Shown: positions 36,851 to 49,048 of the stretch, piece after piece
Position numbering within the stretch: the first letter of the stretch is position 1
Layout of the letters: every line of letters starts with the position of its first letter
From: Neoechinorhynchus agilis
Lineage: Eukaryota > Animalia > Acanthocephala
NCBI GenBank assembly: GCA_051530055.1
Contig: JBMGUZ010000010.1
Location: 1 to 61,232 of the forward strand
DNA length: 61,232 nucleotides
Direction: 5' to 3'
The notes under the pieces: generated by a model
Databases searched by the model: none
What the model saw: the letters and a program-made list of their open reading frames with translations, nothing else
Told to the model about the DNA's origin: nothing
Program-made: the position numbers and the translations under genes

Positions 36851-37479
36851 GGAGCAATTGTGCATGAATCGTTAATTCAGGGTAATTGTAATGAAACCTG
36901 GTGAGGGATTGTGTTTCCTAACGTGATGATTCATCACGAGAAGCAAATAGAGCATTGTGAAGTAAGTGATGTTACTTACAATATATCAATGAGAGGAAAC
37001 GCATTTACAATCTTGGGGGGTCATCATCTTAATTGGTTGGATAACTGTATACGATTTGTTTGTGGACAACCTGAATTAGTAACGGTCATCGGAGTAATTT
37101 TTCTCTTTAGCCATGAGAATGTAGCGGGGATGGTCCCTTGCAAGGATAAAAAACAGCCACGAACCAATATTCAAATCTCATTAGAATCAGTTTTGTGTTA
37201 TTGCTTTTCATTTCGGTTTGGCAATGTGCAAACTGTATCGCGACTTGCTGATATCCGGAACACAAATCACTCCACATTGCTTAGAAATCTTGGCCGCAAC
37301 ACAAAGTTAGTAAATGCAATAGCAGAAGCCAAAAGATTCAATTATATGCACACATCCGAAGGTCGATTTTGCGTTGAAGGAAAATTATAACAACATATTG
37401 TCCATCCCTTCTACTGGTGTATTCGAGTCCGCAACCAACGTAACTCCACCAGAACATAGTTCTTCAATGATTGTAAAAA

Positions 37480-39000
37480 TCTCTCTCGGCAGTATGTCAG
37501 TTTGAGCGCAATATGGGCTCGCCTAGGCTGGTTCCAGCTTCCGAACTCCTACCGAAGGTGTCGTGTTGCGAGAGTAGAGACGTGCTTAGGGTTGATGGGA
37601 GTGTGAATGAGTTGTTTGAGGTTGAGGCCATACCAGGTAACGCGAGTTTGCGTCCGCTTCCGAGTGTAATTGTACCTAGTAGGCGTGATTGTGTAGATAA
37701 AGCAGTTGCGCCACCACCGAAGCGGTTGTTCATACCAGGCATGAGTATGCAACAAATTCAAATCTACGCTACCAAAGTATGTAGATGTTGAGTGAGTATG
37801 ATAAAGTGACCTCTTCCATACAAGAGAAGGCGGCTGAGTTGGTAGATATACCACTACCACCAGCGAGCCGACAATTTAAAACTATTGCCGACGCGGACCC
37901 ATAGGCTATTCAATGCTAGCTGGACCGTCCATAGATCGCCCAATTGACCAGATTCCTTATCAGGAAGAGATCTTTTTGTACAGTGCGGTGACCACCAATT
38001 CATATGAGCAGCAACGTACCGTATGGGAATGGAGTTCGCTTTCAATCTATCGATGATTGCGGACTTCTATCCTTTGATCCAATTAGGGCTATTGAAGGTC
38101 GAGAACAATGCGGCAGCATTTGGTAGACCTGGTTACGGTGCAGACTTAGTTGAGCGTCTAAATTTTGTTTTAGACACGATGCAAGCGTCCGTGCACGATG
38201 CTGCTGACGACGCAACTCACCCGGTCGGTTCGACTTCTGACATTACAGCATGCGAGAGCAGTTCTATAATCGGTATTACGAGCCTTAGGTTTGGGCCTGT
38301 TTTACCCCGTGCTTTTCGGTTGTGGACAGGGTTGGACACTTGTACAGCCATCAATTACCGGCGGCGATATCTAAAGTTATAGGTATCGCTATTGGCACTG
38401 GAGTAACGACCTTCCATGATGTCAATAATCGGATCTCGTTGGGCGCTTCACATGCTAAAGCATATTGGTTGGATAACAAGGAGTTGGCGATCAAATTCCT
38501 TTATGGGAATCTGGCGTGGTGTTTATTGGATGGTATTGACATAGCAGCTTTGCGTGACAACGCATCTCCAACACAACAACACTCTTTTCAGACTGTAAAA
38601 AGGTATGTTAGTGGCGGGGTCTCCGTCTTAGATGTCGAGCGGAATGCTAACGCATATATTAACGCGAAGGCCTCTCCGGATCGGGTCCCCAAAGAGAGCG
38701 AAGATGTGAGTGTACATAGTATGAGTGAGTTGCTTGAAGTTCAAGTAATGCCTGGTGATTGAACCTTGGAGTGTCAGTGTGAATAGTCGACGCGAGGATC
38801 TCGCTTGTTTCGGGCGCTGGTGTGGGACAGGTTCAACCTACATTCAACAGCATGAAAGAAGAGTGTATGAGCAGAGCATTTAGAGAGAGTGCGTGTGATA
38901 GTCTGGCTTCCTCCGTGGCGGCTGAGTTGATAGATGCTACTATCGCCAGCGAACCATCCAACTGAAGTGGCACGTTCTTAATGGATCGCGACGTTGTCGC
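37480..39000 (+). other. Frameshifted unassigned ORF fragments, possibly RNA-virus derived
   Basis: Chain of same-strand coding-like ORFs (37513, 38023, 38322, 38981) with higher GC, abutting recognised capsid fragments. No motif identified. Confidence 0.35.
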
Positions 39001-39199
39001 TATGTCTTCTTCACAGGAAACAGTTTGCGACACCGTCCTTTCTCTGCTCTCGAGGTGTCCACAGTTTGTCTTGGATGGTACTCGTGCGCATTTGAAAGAT
39101 GCGTTCAAGCAAGGTGGCTTCAGAGTGAAGCAGCTTCCGTCCGTCTTTGACGCTCCACTCTATACAGATGTGCTTTGTTGAAAGAGTTTCTTTCCAGAA

Positions 39200-40094
39200 T
39201 TGGCCAATTGTGTTCGTCTGATTTGTCCGTGACCAATAGGTTTTTTTCGAAGGTGGAGTGCTAAAGTTTCAGTGCCCTCGATGAGCGAATTGCCAGATGC
39301 GAGATGTCCCAACTGTGATTGCTTTCTTGTGGAACAGCGGCATGTGCCAGAGCCGTGTCTTGGGCTCACTTTCTATTCAACCGCATTTTCCGGACGGCTT
39401 CGCTGACTGACGAAATGTATTTGCGGTACTTGTTCGATTCTACTTCTGACGGCCATGTCTTCAAACTTAAACGTTGTGCGTCAAACCTCTACTCGCGGCC
39501 AGAGCTTTCTCTTTGTGGTCCGAGCTTGAATCGTGCACGGCCATCAACGACAGGACTATTGCTTATTGGACGGGGGCGTCCGGGGTCGTAGGTGTTGCTA
39601 TTGGTGCCTCGCCAGAATTCCCATTTAGAGACATGCTCCTCGGAAGGACGGCTTGGCCCAACGCGAACAACCTTTTGATTGTTTACAGCAGGTTACTGGA
39701 CACAGAATATGACTTGGAAGAGCTCAACTTGCCAGCGGCGGAATTATGGGATACCTACTCGCGAATTTGCCATCACTATGGGTGGACGAATCTCGACGGA
39801 TTTCGGATAGAGAACCTCGCCTTTCATAGGGGCGTGAACGATTACGTACAGCGCCTGCCGGACTCAGATTTGACGCCATTGGGGTTGGGCCCACTACTGG
39901 AGCAGTACAAGCCGATGGAGCAGGGACCAGCACCACATGTGGATGAAACGGTGCGCGAAGCAATGATGCGCCACATAATGCTGTCAAGTTGTTATGGAGA
40001 GGCGACACAATCGACGGGCTGGCTCCACCTGGCCATGGGGATGGAAGGCAGAGTGGCAAACTCCATGCTATTGCGAGATTTTAATCACAAATAA
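39200..40094 (+). mobile_element. Endogenous toti-like capsid, middle part (third strain)
   Basis: PEFPFRDMLLGRTAWP...LNLPAAELWDTYSRICHHYGW aligns with REFPFSHEMLVATTCWP...LQLPSAVLWDVYSRLCHFYGW (23497..24381). Confidence 0.7.
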
Positions 40095-40112
40095 ACAACT
40101 AAAACCCAAGCA

Positions 40113-40451
40113 ATGAACAGACGATTCGAGCCTACGTTTTTCAACACAGATGACATAGTCGCGCCGGAGGCGGACTTGTCAGAAGAAGTCGAGCCCACTA
40201 TCTTTACAAGTTTCAGGGATGTGGCTCCGAGAACGCCGGATTGGCAGTGCGGGGAGTTGCCGGAGGCATGGTTACTTAGAGAAGACAGTGGGAGTTTCCG
40301 GTTGGGGCTCTCGTTAGTCTACAACTACGAACAAGGAGGCAAGGTGTGGAATAGAGACATAGAGGTGAGATTTTCGGCTGTTAGAGAGGGAATCCAGTGC
40401 AGATACCAGCGTGCAGGAAGAAGAGGCATTTCCTTACGAATAAACGTATAA
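40113..40451 (+). mobile_element. Endogenous toti-like capsid N-terminus
   Basis: PTFFNTDDIVAPEAD...RTPDWQC...LPEAW aligns with PQFFSTADLVAPEAD...RTPDLLC...LPEAW at 24505-24330. Confidence 0.7.
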
Positions 40452-41340
40452 AAATGACGATGATTGCCAGAATATGAAATAATGATTTAAATAAGCAGTT
40501 CAATCACATAGAAAAACTGGACGAAAACTGCTGTTACCTTTTTTAGGATTATCGACATTGTATGTGTCAGCAATAACGTTTAATTAATTTTAAAAATAAA
40601 ATGCTTCTATCCGTTGAAACACCGACACACTCGAAGTAATTGAAGTCGTTAGAGGAATTGACCAAAAGACAGGGATTTGGTTGCGCAATCAAAATGTCAA
40701 CAGCCAGTTCAGCCACATCCAACATTTAAATAAAATTGGATCGCTTGCATTTGCGAGGTGGCTCGGAGAATGGCCTGCAATTAATCGACGGACTTTGTTC
40801 ATGATTTTAAAATAAACTGAAGTCGCTCAAAAGTCATCGGACGAATATAAAACACGGAAAAGGAGCTAAATGTGAATCATTTCTTTGAAATGTCTTAAGC
40901 TGATTAAATGATGCTATAGATAGTCCTTGTCGTTGACCAAGGAATAACCGCCACCAATGATACAGCGGATTTCTCTTTAACAACTTTTCCATTGATTGTA
41001 AAAGAACTGCTTTCGCACTCATTTTAATTTTTAAGGTTCGAATTTTTTAACTAATTTGTGTGTATAGTCCAGATTCGTTAAGGTACACCAAATAACATTT
41101 AGTTTTAATAGCATCTAAGAATTTTTAATACAAACGAGACGGAAATTAGAAATTGTGAGCATTCTACGATATAAAAAGCGCTATATAAAATATATTCAAC
41201 GCATTTTTAAACTTTCATTGAAACATAAAGTTATACACCACATCGATTTTTATGCTCTATTTTTGAGTTATGCCTTGAATTTAATTTGAAACAATTGCCA
41301 GTGTTCAGCTGTTTAAAGTTACTTTACGATTCCGATCTTA

Positions 41341-42100
41341 ATGTCCAACAACTTTAACCTTGAACGTGAACTAACTCCTCGGAGCCAGGTTGGCCTCGAG
41401 TCAACTGACGTTTCTGACACTGTTTCAGCGGTGACAGTTACAACGAGTGTGGGACAGCAGGTCCAGGGCGCTACGTCCAGAGTAGACCCACCCCGAGGTG
41501 CCAATTCCGGGGGCACACGAGGAAGCTGGTGAAGGAAGTGAGGCGGGGTCGATTGAGTTGGAAACTCAAGGGCGACATCCGCATTTAGTGAGGACTGCAA
41601 GTATGGCAGTCAGAGTGCCGACTTTACAACTCAGGGCGGGCGAGATGGTGCGTGCCCCGGATGGAAGGTACTGTGTACGATGATGAAACTGAAGAGATGC
41701 ACTCCATGCGTCCGACGGAGATGGCACTGGTGTCAGGGTTGCCACATTTCCGGGACACGACAAACGGGAACGATCAACCGGGAACCTCGATCAGGTTCGG
41801 GCCCCCGGCAACAGAGACTGAATCATGTGGTGGGCTGGCTTTCACATCCTCACGCTCGTGGATTGCCGCCCCAGTGAGCACGTTGGGAGGAAAGAGGCCG
41901 TTGTCTGTTGGCTTCAAGTTCGACTGCCCAAAAACTTTTGAAGGTACGCCCTCAAAAGAGTTTCTGACGACTTTTGACACGAAGGGGTTGCTCCCAACAC
42001 TTGATGTTACTGATTCCTGTCGGCCACGTAAAAGAAGCAGCTCCGGCGGTCAGACAGCTACTGATAGTAGCCTGTCAACGCGGGGTCGGTGTGCCGCTCC
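41341..42100 (+). other. Frameshifted unassigned ORF, possibly viral
   Basis: Three consecutive overlapping ORFs (41341, 41498, 41652) form one plausible reading; no motif. Confidence 0.3.
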
Positions 42101-42329
42101 ACTTGGTGATGCGGCAGCGAACGGGAACAACAAAATCCACCAGTGCAACGGGAAAAAGCGAGGGCGTCGTAGCTCTCGCCGACGACTTGAGCGTCGAAAT
42201 GAGCGAAACTGTCGCCGGAGGCAACGAAAGCGTCGGTCGAAGCTCATCACCGTGGTGCGTACGGACTGTTCAGGTGGCGCTGACAGCCGTGAGCCCTTTG
42301 ACAAGCTATTTCAAACAGAAGATGACTAC

Positions 42330-42530
42330 GAATCGGATCCTTGAATTGTAGGAGTCTGCGAGCGCAATGGCGTAGGGGAACCCTGGCCAAATTGACAAGG
42401 AACGCCGGAATGGATCTTGTGTTTTTACAAGAATTGCGCATAAGAGGCCAATCGAACAAAGACGTAAATCAGGAGGATTTAGGAGGAGCTCTCATTAATA
42501 TTTTTCGTAAATCACCAAGATCGAGGACGC
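42330..42530 (+). mobile_element. LINE APE N-terminal fragment
   Basis: LNCRSL...MDLVFLQELR. Confidence 0.6.
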
Positions 42531-42619
42531 AAACATGAACACTGAGAAAACGGCACTCAAAGCTATTGAAAAGGTCTATGGTCTTGAGAAAGCGTTAGAA
42601 TTCGTGAAGACATTTAGAA

Positions 42620-42905
42620 GATCGTCGCCGGAGGCCGACTCAAATCAGTTTGAAAACTATACGCCTTCCCAAGGCTAGTCAGGCAGCGGCGGGTACTCCA
42701 GACTTGGTATGTGCCAAAGCCCCAATGGACAAACTGGCCCTTCTGCCGGAGGCATGGGCTTTCTCTAGAATTGAGAATGGCAAAAGCATTAAGTTGACCC
42801 TTCTTTATCTGATGAACGATTGCGGTCGCCAAGAAAAGAAGGACTTTGAGTTGGAGGTCCGTAAGAGTGGTTATGAGGATGGCGGCAGTTTACGTGGCGA
42901 AGACG
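42620..42905 (+). mobile_element. Endogenous toti-like capsid N-terminal fragment with internal deletion
   Basis: TPDLVCAKAPMDKLALLPEAWAF...KLTLLYLMNDCGRQEK jumps to VVMRMAAVYVA, skipping roughly 75 aa relative to 23497..24381. Confidence 0.75.
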
Positions 42906-44022
42906 TCTGAAGAGATTGTAGAAGGTTCTAGGCTGATTTTGGGAGACGCTTCAGATGTAGTCATGATGAGTAAAATCAATGGGATTGAAGCCATGAAAGC
43001 TTTTGAGAAAAGATTTGGTGATTCAGTCTACGCTACAGCACTCAGAGACTATCTGGATTCAGGAGCTGCTCTCTCATTCAGGAAGCTTCCCTGAGTGCCA
43101 GGAGAATCGAGGAGATCCGACGGTACTGATGAGATGGAGAAACTGGATCCTTTGAGTAAATTCGTATTCGATCTGGCAGCTTTGGACAAAGAAGCCAAGG
43201 AAGGGTGGTTTGTTTACAAGGGAGGAGAGTTTACTAGGACTTACTCCAAGTATGGAGAAAAACTGCCTCGCTACTTCGCTCACGAGGCCAAACCCGACGC
43301 ATTAGTGAAAAGGATTGGAGAAGGGAATTTTGAAATAGTATTCAACATAAGCACCCTTGTTTCAGACTTCCACATTATTGGCTATTGTTTACTGTCCTGA
43401 ATTCAGGGCTTTTAATATTAGACAACAAATAAAGATTGGCGAACAAAGAAGAATGTAAAAAATATAAGTAAAGATCCATTTTGACCTTATGATATGCGAT
43501 TAAACGTGAAGAGGTTTGTTTAGTGAATATTCCTTCGACTTTGTATGATAAGGAGAAAGTCGATGTTTCACCCTGGCAAAGTAAAATATCTTCAGGTGAA
43601 CATCTACTGAGTTAGTTGGTTTTTCTCGGTTGCTTTTCTTTTAACTACGCGAGAATTATTTTGTTTACGAACAACTAAGAACGATCAAAATTTAAAGAAC
43701 CCAAAAAGATTAAAAAGTTTCCGTGGGATATTGAGATCATTACTTAAATGCATCCGTAAGGCTAAAATGGAGTAAAAAGAAAAAGATCGTGTCGATGGCA
43801 ATGAAAAATGTTCAATGGAGTTCATTAATCAAGTTGAGATGCTTGAAATTCTTGATGATCAAGAAAATAAGTCTCATATTTTACGATTATAAAAAAAAGA
43901 ACAAGTGTCAGTCGAGAACGCTGACAAATATTCAAGGTTTTAAGCAGTGGAGTTGGATTTAAAGTGCTTAGCAGCATAACTCCCGTGATAAATTATCTTA
44001 CAACTCGGAGAATCCGTTGATT

Positions 44023-44292
44023 TCACTAATTATAGCCATAAGGCAGAACATTTTCAAAAAGAAATTAAATCGGAAAAACCGATGTCTCCAATAATTTCAG
44101 AATATTACTCACGTGCTTTGAGGCGCTAAGACGCCGTTATGAACGTAAAGAATTTTCCACCATCGCCAAAGTCGCTCGATTCAACGGAGAACAAAACAGA
44201 ACGACGCGAGGAACGCGGATGCAACGCAATAGAAAGCGGACGGCGATTTGGAAGATACGAAAAAACGACAGAATTCAGGTCCGTTTAATTAT
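44023..44292 (+). repeat. LINE leader repeat (variant A), truncated at GTCCGTTTAATTATT
   Basis: Reverse complement of 20640-20917. Confidence 0.9.
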
Positions 44293-46850
44293 TAGCATCT
44301 ACGCTACACATCGCACCCTCGAAGAAGCCTTCAAAGAAACGCGTAGGTTAATAGAGATGAGGTCAGCGTGCTGCGCGAGAGCAATAAAGAGAGTGTTGTC
44401 ACCGGGCTTGTTCTTTTTTGGGGATGAACGCAAGAAGGGGCACCCTAACTGGGCAGGGAGTCGCTTGAGAGCAGATATTTCCAAAATAGAACGTCACAAG
44501 CTGGGTCGAGCGCTCACCCCAGAAGCCTGGCTCAAAGTCCTCGGTGATTTCAATGGGCTGCCAGAGGCGGTGGCAAAGGAATTCACGAACCCACCACAAG
44601 GGTACGAGAGCAAAGTGAAGCTATCACTGGTTTCGGCGATCAAGTGCTTCATGCGGGTGTTTTCCGAAAGAGGAGAGCTCTTGGCCGAAGCCCTAGCGGC
44701 GCAGTCAGGGATGAATGTCAGTGCGGTGACGAATTTGGTGTTGCTTTTGGGATGTTGCTGGGAGAGTGGAATGGAAAAACTGATGCACGAAAGCAAACTC
44801 CACTTGCTTCCATTAGCAGACTGGTCAAAGGTCAAGGAAGAGTTTGACAAGATGCGACAAACAGGCTACGTGGGCATGGAGGAATTCAACCCGCGTTTGG
44901 CATTCCGGCTTCGGAGAATGATAGCGATTACAGGAAGGAGTCTGAAGAGCGCAGATTGGAAGAATGAAAAGGAGACCATGAACGGTTTGGGACCAGCCAG
45001 TCGCCATCGGCCCTGGTTTAAGGTGGGTAGGACTGGTCATTGGGAAGCAAAGGAGGACAACGCGAAAATGAGAAGGTTAATTCGACAGTACGCAGGTGAG
45101 CTCGTGCGGACCCAGCGGTTTGTGGAGTCTGTCGACCACTGGTGATCAAGGCGCAGTGTTTTCACCCCAGCCGGCTCTTCCTCAATGGATAAACGCACGG
45201 TGGAGGAACTAACTGGTTTCAAAGCGGCAGAAATGAACAAGAAGATAGCGGTGGAACTGGTGAGTAGAGAAGAGGTCCTATCTCATTTGGATTCACCACC
45301 GCATACAATTGTGAGGACGTCGACCAAACATGAGCCAGGACACAAGAACAGACCGCTATATGCCTCAGATGACATGCACTCGTTCATTTCTGCATATGCG
45401 ACAGGGAACATGGAGCGCGCCTACCACAAGCATGGAGTGTGCATATCCCAGCAGCCTGAAGATGTGCTGGGATGGGTTCAGAAACATTGGAAGCGGCCAA
45501 AGGAATGGGCAGTTTCATACGACTTTTCAAGTTACAATCAGCATCATCGACCGAGAGACCTAGCAGATATTGATCTAGGGGCCGCGGCGGCATGGCTGCG
45601 AAGAGCAACAACGGAGGTGGGAGTAGAAACGACACGCATGGCGTGTTTGGAAAAAGCAGCTGCATCTTTGTGGACAGCAGGCAGCCATTACGTACGGTTC
45701 GCCAGGTTCGGGGAATCACCTGAGCTGCCCCAAGAGAGGGTCTTCGCAGGGCTAATCACAGGCACGAGGAATACGGCTAGGGATAACACGCTAATGCATC
45801 AGGTATACAACCATCACATCCTAGAAAATCTCAGGAATACAACAGGAATAAGCATCAGTTTTGAGGACACAATCAAGTCAGGGGATGACGAAGTTGTGTT
45901 CACAGGAGATTGGCTGAGTGCATTGGCTTACGTGAGGATGGTTGAGCTATCTGGTTACGAAGGTAAGAAACAGAAGCTGCTGATATCAGAGGGTGGAGCA
46001 GAGTTCTTGCAGTTGATGTGTGACAAGAATGAGCCCATTCCCTCTTACCCACTCGCCCCCGTATTGGCTACTTACAGTTCAGGCAACTGGTATAAGAATG
46101 CAGTAAGAGACTTGGTGGGATTGATCCCATCAGTAGGAGCGCAGGTGATGAATATGGTGAGAGAAGGCATGGATGGGGAATTCGGCAGGCAGATAGCAGT
46201 GGAGACAATAAACTGGTTCATGCAAATGCCAGAAAATGAGTCAATGAGAAAGTTGCCCTGGCAAGAGCTTAAATATGACAGTAACCTGCCACTATTAGGA
46301 TGGCTGGGACTGAGAGGAAGGCTTGCATTGAAAGAGCCCAAACTAAAGCCAAGTGGCCAACTTGCACTAAAATTGGAAGCAGCCCCTGAACTGGCTCAGG
46401 ATGATCTGATGAGGATGGAGAACCCTTACTGGGAGATGGCTGACAGAGTGGGTCAAAAGGCAACCAAAAGAGACAGGAAAGCAAGAGCCTATGCGGCGCT
46501 GATACGCCATGATCTCGACAAGGATTACTGCAATGAAATACAGAAGCAGTTCGATGAGGCAGGAATACCGCGATTGGTCAGACAGTTGGTGTTCACCCAA
46601 GTGGATTTAGAACAAGTGGAACGGGACAAGGCCAAAGCAGCAGCATTTGTAAAGCAACATTCACAGAGAGCATTCGCACGAAGTAGGGATCGTACATTGG
46701 AGGTCGTTTGCGCAAAATATGGCGTGCCAGTTGAATTGGTCCGGCGTTTGGTTTCTGCGGACAACTTGGGTCATCTCCCGCCCAGAGAAAGAGGAGAAAT
46801 AATGACAGCACTAAGGAGAGAGGAATACAACGCACTGCGTGTCAATGAAG
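44293..46850 (+). CDS. Endogenous toti-like (Ghabrivirales) RdRp, ~850 codons, single in-frame TGA at 45143-45145
   Basis: Motifs F STKHEPGHKNRPLYASDD, A YDFSSYNQHH, B GLITGTRNTARDNTLMH, C SGDDEV, E GAEFLQ. ORFs 44219..45145 and 45185..46882 share a frame. Confidence 0.92.
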
Positions 46851-47132
46851 GACAGAGCAACCATAAAATCGCAAGGAGATAAGATTAAAGGCTAACAAAA
46901 AAGGAAGCCAAAGATTTCTCGAGGTCGCCAATAATTTCAAAATATTACTCACGTGCATTGAGACGCTTTTACTCGTCCTCAATATGAAGGTAGCAGCTCC
47001 AAGATCGCTCGATTCATCGGAGAACAAAACAGAACGACGCGAGGGAACGCGGATGCAGCGCAATAGAAAGCGGACGGCGATTTGGAAGATACGAAAAAAC
47101 GACAGAATTCAGGTCCGTTTAATTATTCGGCG
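46851..47132 (+). repeat. LINE leader repeat (variant B), truncated just after GTCCGTTTAATTATT
   Basis: Near-identical to 58396-58677, starting ACAGAGCAACCATAAAATCGC. Confidence 0.9.
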
Positions 47133-47679
47133 GTCGTTTAATTTTTTAGTTGCCATTTAATCGAACAACAAATTCGGGAAAATTAGGCATGAAAACTGTT
47201 TGCTCGAAGTCTTTTTAAATTCCCAGCGATTTTATTCGTTTTCGTTGGTGTTATGTGAAAAAAGCTCATTATTGAACCGACGGACAGTTCATCGGAATGA
47301 AAATCTACAATCGATTTTTAAGCTCATCAACATATAAAAATCTTTTTTTAATTAGAAGGATTGATTGGTGCTGTAAATAGAAACGTTAAAACTGATTGCG
47401 TTAAAAAAGGAATCGAATACCACGTTCTGCAGCGTTCAGTCATTCGCTGAGAGTGGCAAACAAATTCAGATCAGACGTCTTTGTCCTCTTTCATCCAACT
47501 CATTATAATCTCGAATGATGGCGGCAATACAACTATAAAATCATTTATTCGGTCCATCCGAGCGATGGCCTCATCTTGTCTCGCTGAAGTCGATCTTCCC
47601 AAAAGAAGGATTACACCAAAATTTCCTTTTTTGCTCGATAAAATTCGGATCGAATTATTCATCTGTCCAGCAATGTGCT

Positions 47680-48290
47680 TAAGAACTCCAACTATCGATG
47701 ATTGGAACCCAGCCATCGGGGAAACCTGATGCCGGTCCCAAGCCCGGATAAACGGGGAGGGTTGGCGACTGGAAGGACATCCGGCCGTAAAACTTGCTTC
47801 AAACAACCTCACATGCAAGATCACATCAAAAATCACAATTGAACTTAAGCTCCCCTTCATGCGAGGCGCAGATAATCCTCTCGGCATTTGTGAATAAGTT
47901 TACCAATGAGCGAAAAACTATTGTGCAAGTTGGGGGGCACATTAAATGTGGGTACGATGGCAGGCAAGTCAATGGAAGTAATGAGCATGATGAAAAAAGA
48001 GACGAATTTCAATTCGATGTTTGCAGGAACTACGATGGAAAGGAACGAAGGCGCGAGAATTAGGTAATGGCTACAAACTGAACTATAGTGGATCGAGCAA
48101 TGATAGAAACGGAGTGGGCATTATCTTGGATCAGAAATACAAAGATACGGTGTTGGAAGTTAAGAGATTCACTGATCGAGATGATTTTATATAGATTATT
48201 TATTCAGCACTGGAATTTCACAACATGTTACTTCATTACTGGATCTTTGTATTACATCTTTAATTTTGAATGACGAAACAAAAATAATTT
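47680..48290 (+). mobile_element. RTE-clade LINE 5' end (UTR plus APE)
   Basis: GTLNVGTMAGK...CLQELRWKG...GYKLNYSG...RNGVGIIL; RTE-type UTR GTCCCAAGCCCGGATAAA..GGAGGGTTGG. Confidence 0.8.
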
Positions 48291-48299
48291 CTGGATAAA

Positions 48300-48560
48300 T
48301 TATATTGGTTTGTTGATCAGAAGAGAGAGATGTTCAGAGGAGATTAGCTCATTTTTTCGCAACTTCGAGGTCGCACTTGACCAAAGCGTAGGTTCATGTC
48401 GATTCCCACATAAGACAGCGTTAACGGCTCCACGGAAAACTATCACTCCATCCGGACGTCTTCCATCGAAACACCTTAGATTACTTGGCTCGACGATGTT
48501 AGGAATGTTAAAGTGGGATAAAACCACTTTTTGGTGGGTTCCGAGGACGACCGCCTTTAA
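48300..48560 (-). mobile_element. CRE RLE fragment
   Basis: IVEPSNLRCFDGRRPDGV. Confidence 0.75.
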
Positions 48561-48849
48561 CATTTTTATGAAAAACACCAAGAGAAGGAAATTTTATTAT
48601 ATAAATCGGTAGCTTTTATTTCCTTTTCATAAAACATTTTTATCCAAAGTATGGTTTTACTCATTCCAGAATTACTAAATTTTTAATGGCTAATAAAAAT
48701 GGCTTAGATTCTCTTTTAACAAACATGAAACATTTTACTTTCACGAATCGCACAAAGCATGAAGTAATGAAGGATTTACAGAAAATAATATTGATTACTC
48801 GTTCTTCTTTTTGTTAATTCTTTGAGCGAGGGATGGAAGGAGTGCTCCG

Positions 48850-48990
48850 ACGAATTACTGGCGTTCCGAGATCAAGAGCATTCCTCCTACAAAAGATACG
48901 TTTGGCTGTACAACGCGATAAAACCCTGACCGTTACACCAAAACGGCAGCTGAGTGATTCGGAGCAGTGGACTGAATGATCTAACTTGTT
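48850..48990 (+). mobile_element. CRE 3'-end fragment
   Basis: Homologous to 8165-8315 (GAGCATTCCTCCT, GACCGTTACACCA, CTGAGTGA). Confidence 0.7.
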
Positions 48991-49048
48991 ATATAAGTAC
49001 TTATTTGATATACTTGATTTAAATAAATAAATTCGATATGCGAACCGG

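Noticed and set aside
44293-46850. Alternative genetic code (TGA=Trp)
   Set aside because: Only one TGA against many TGG-coded Trp in the same ORF; host-type genes end in standard stops.
1286-48957. GCAGCTGAGTG shared between the 19-bp repeat and a CRE 3' UTR
   Set aside because: An 11-bp match can arise by chance in 61 kb, and there is no supporting flank similarity.
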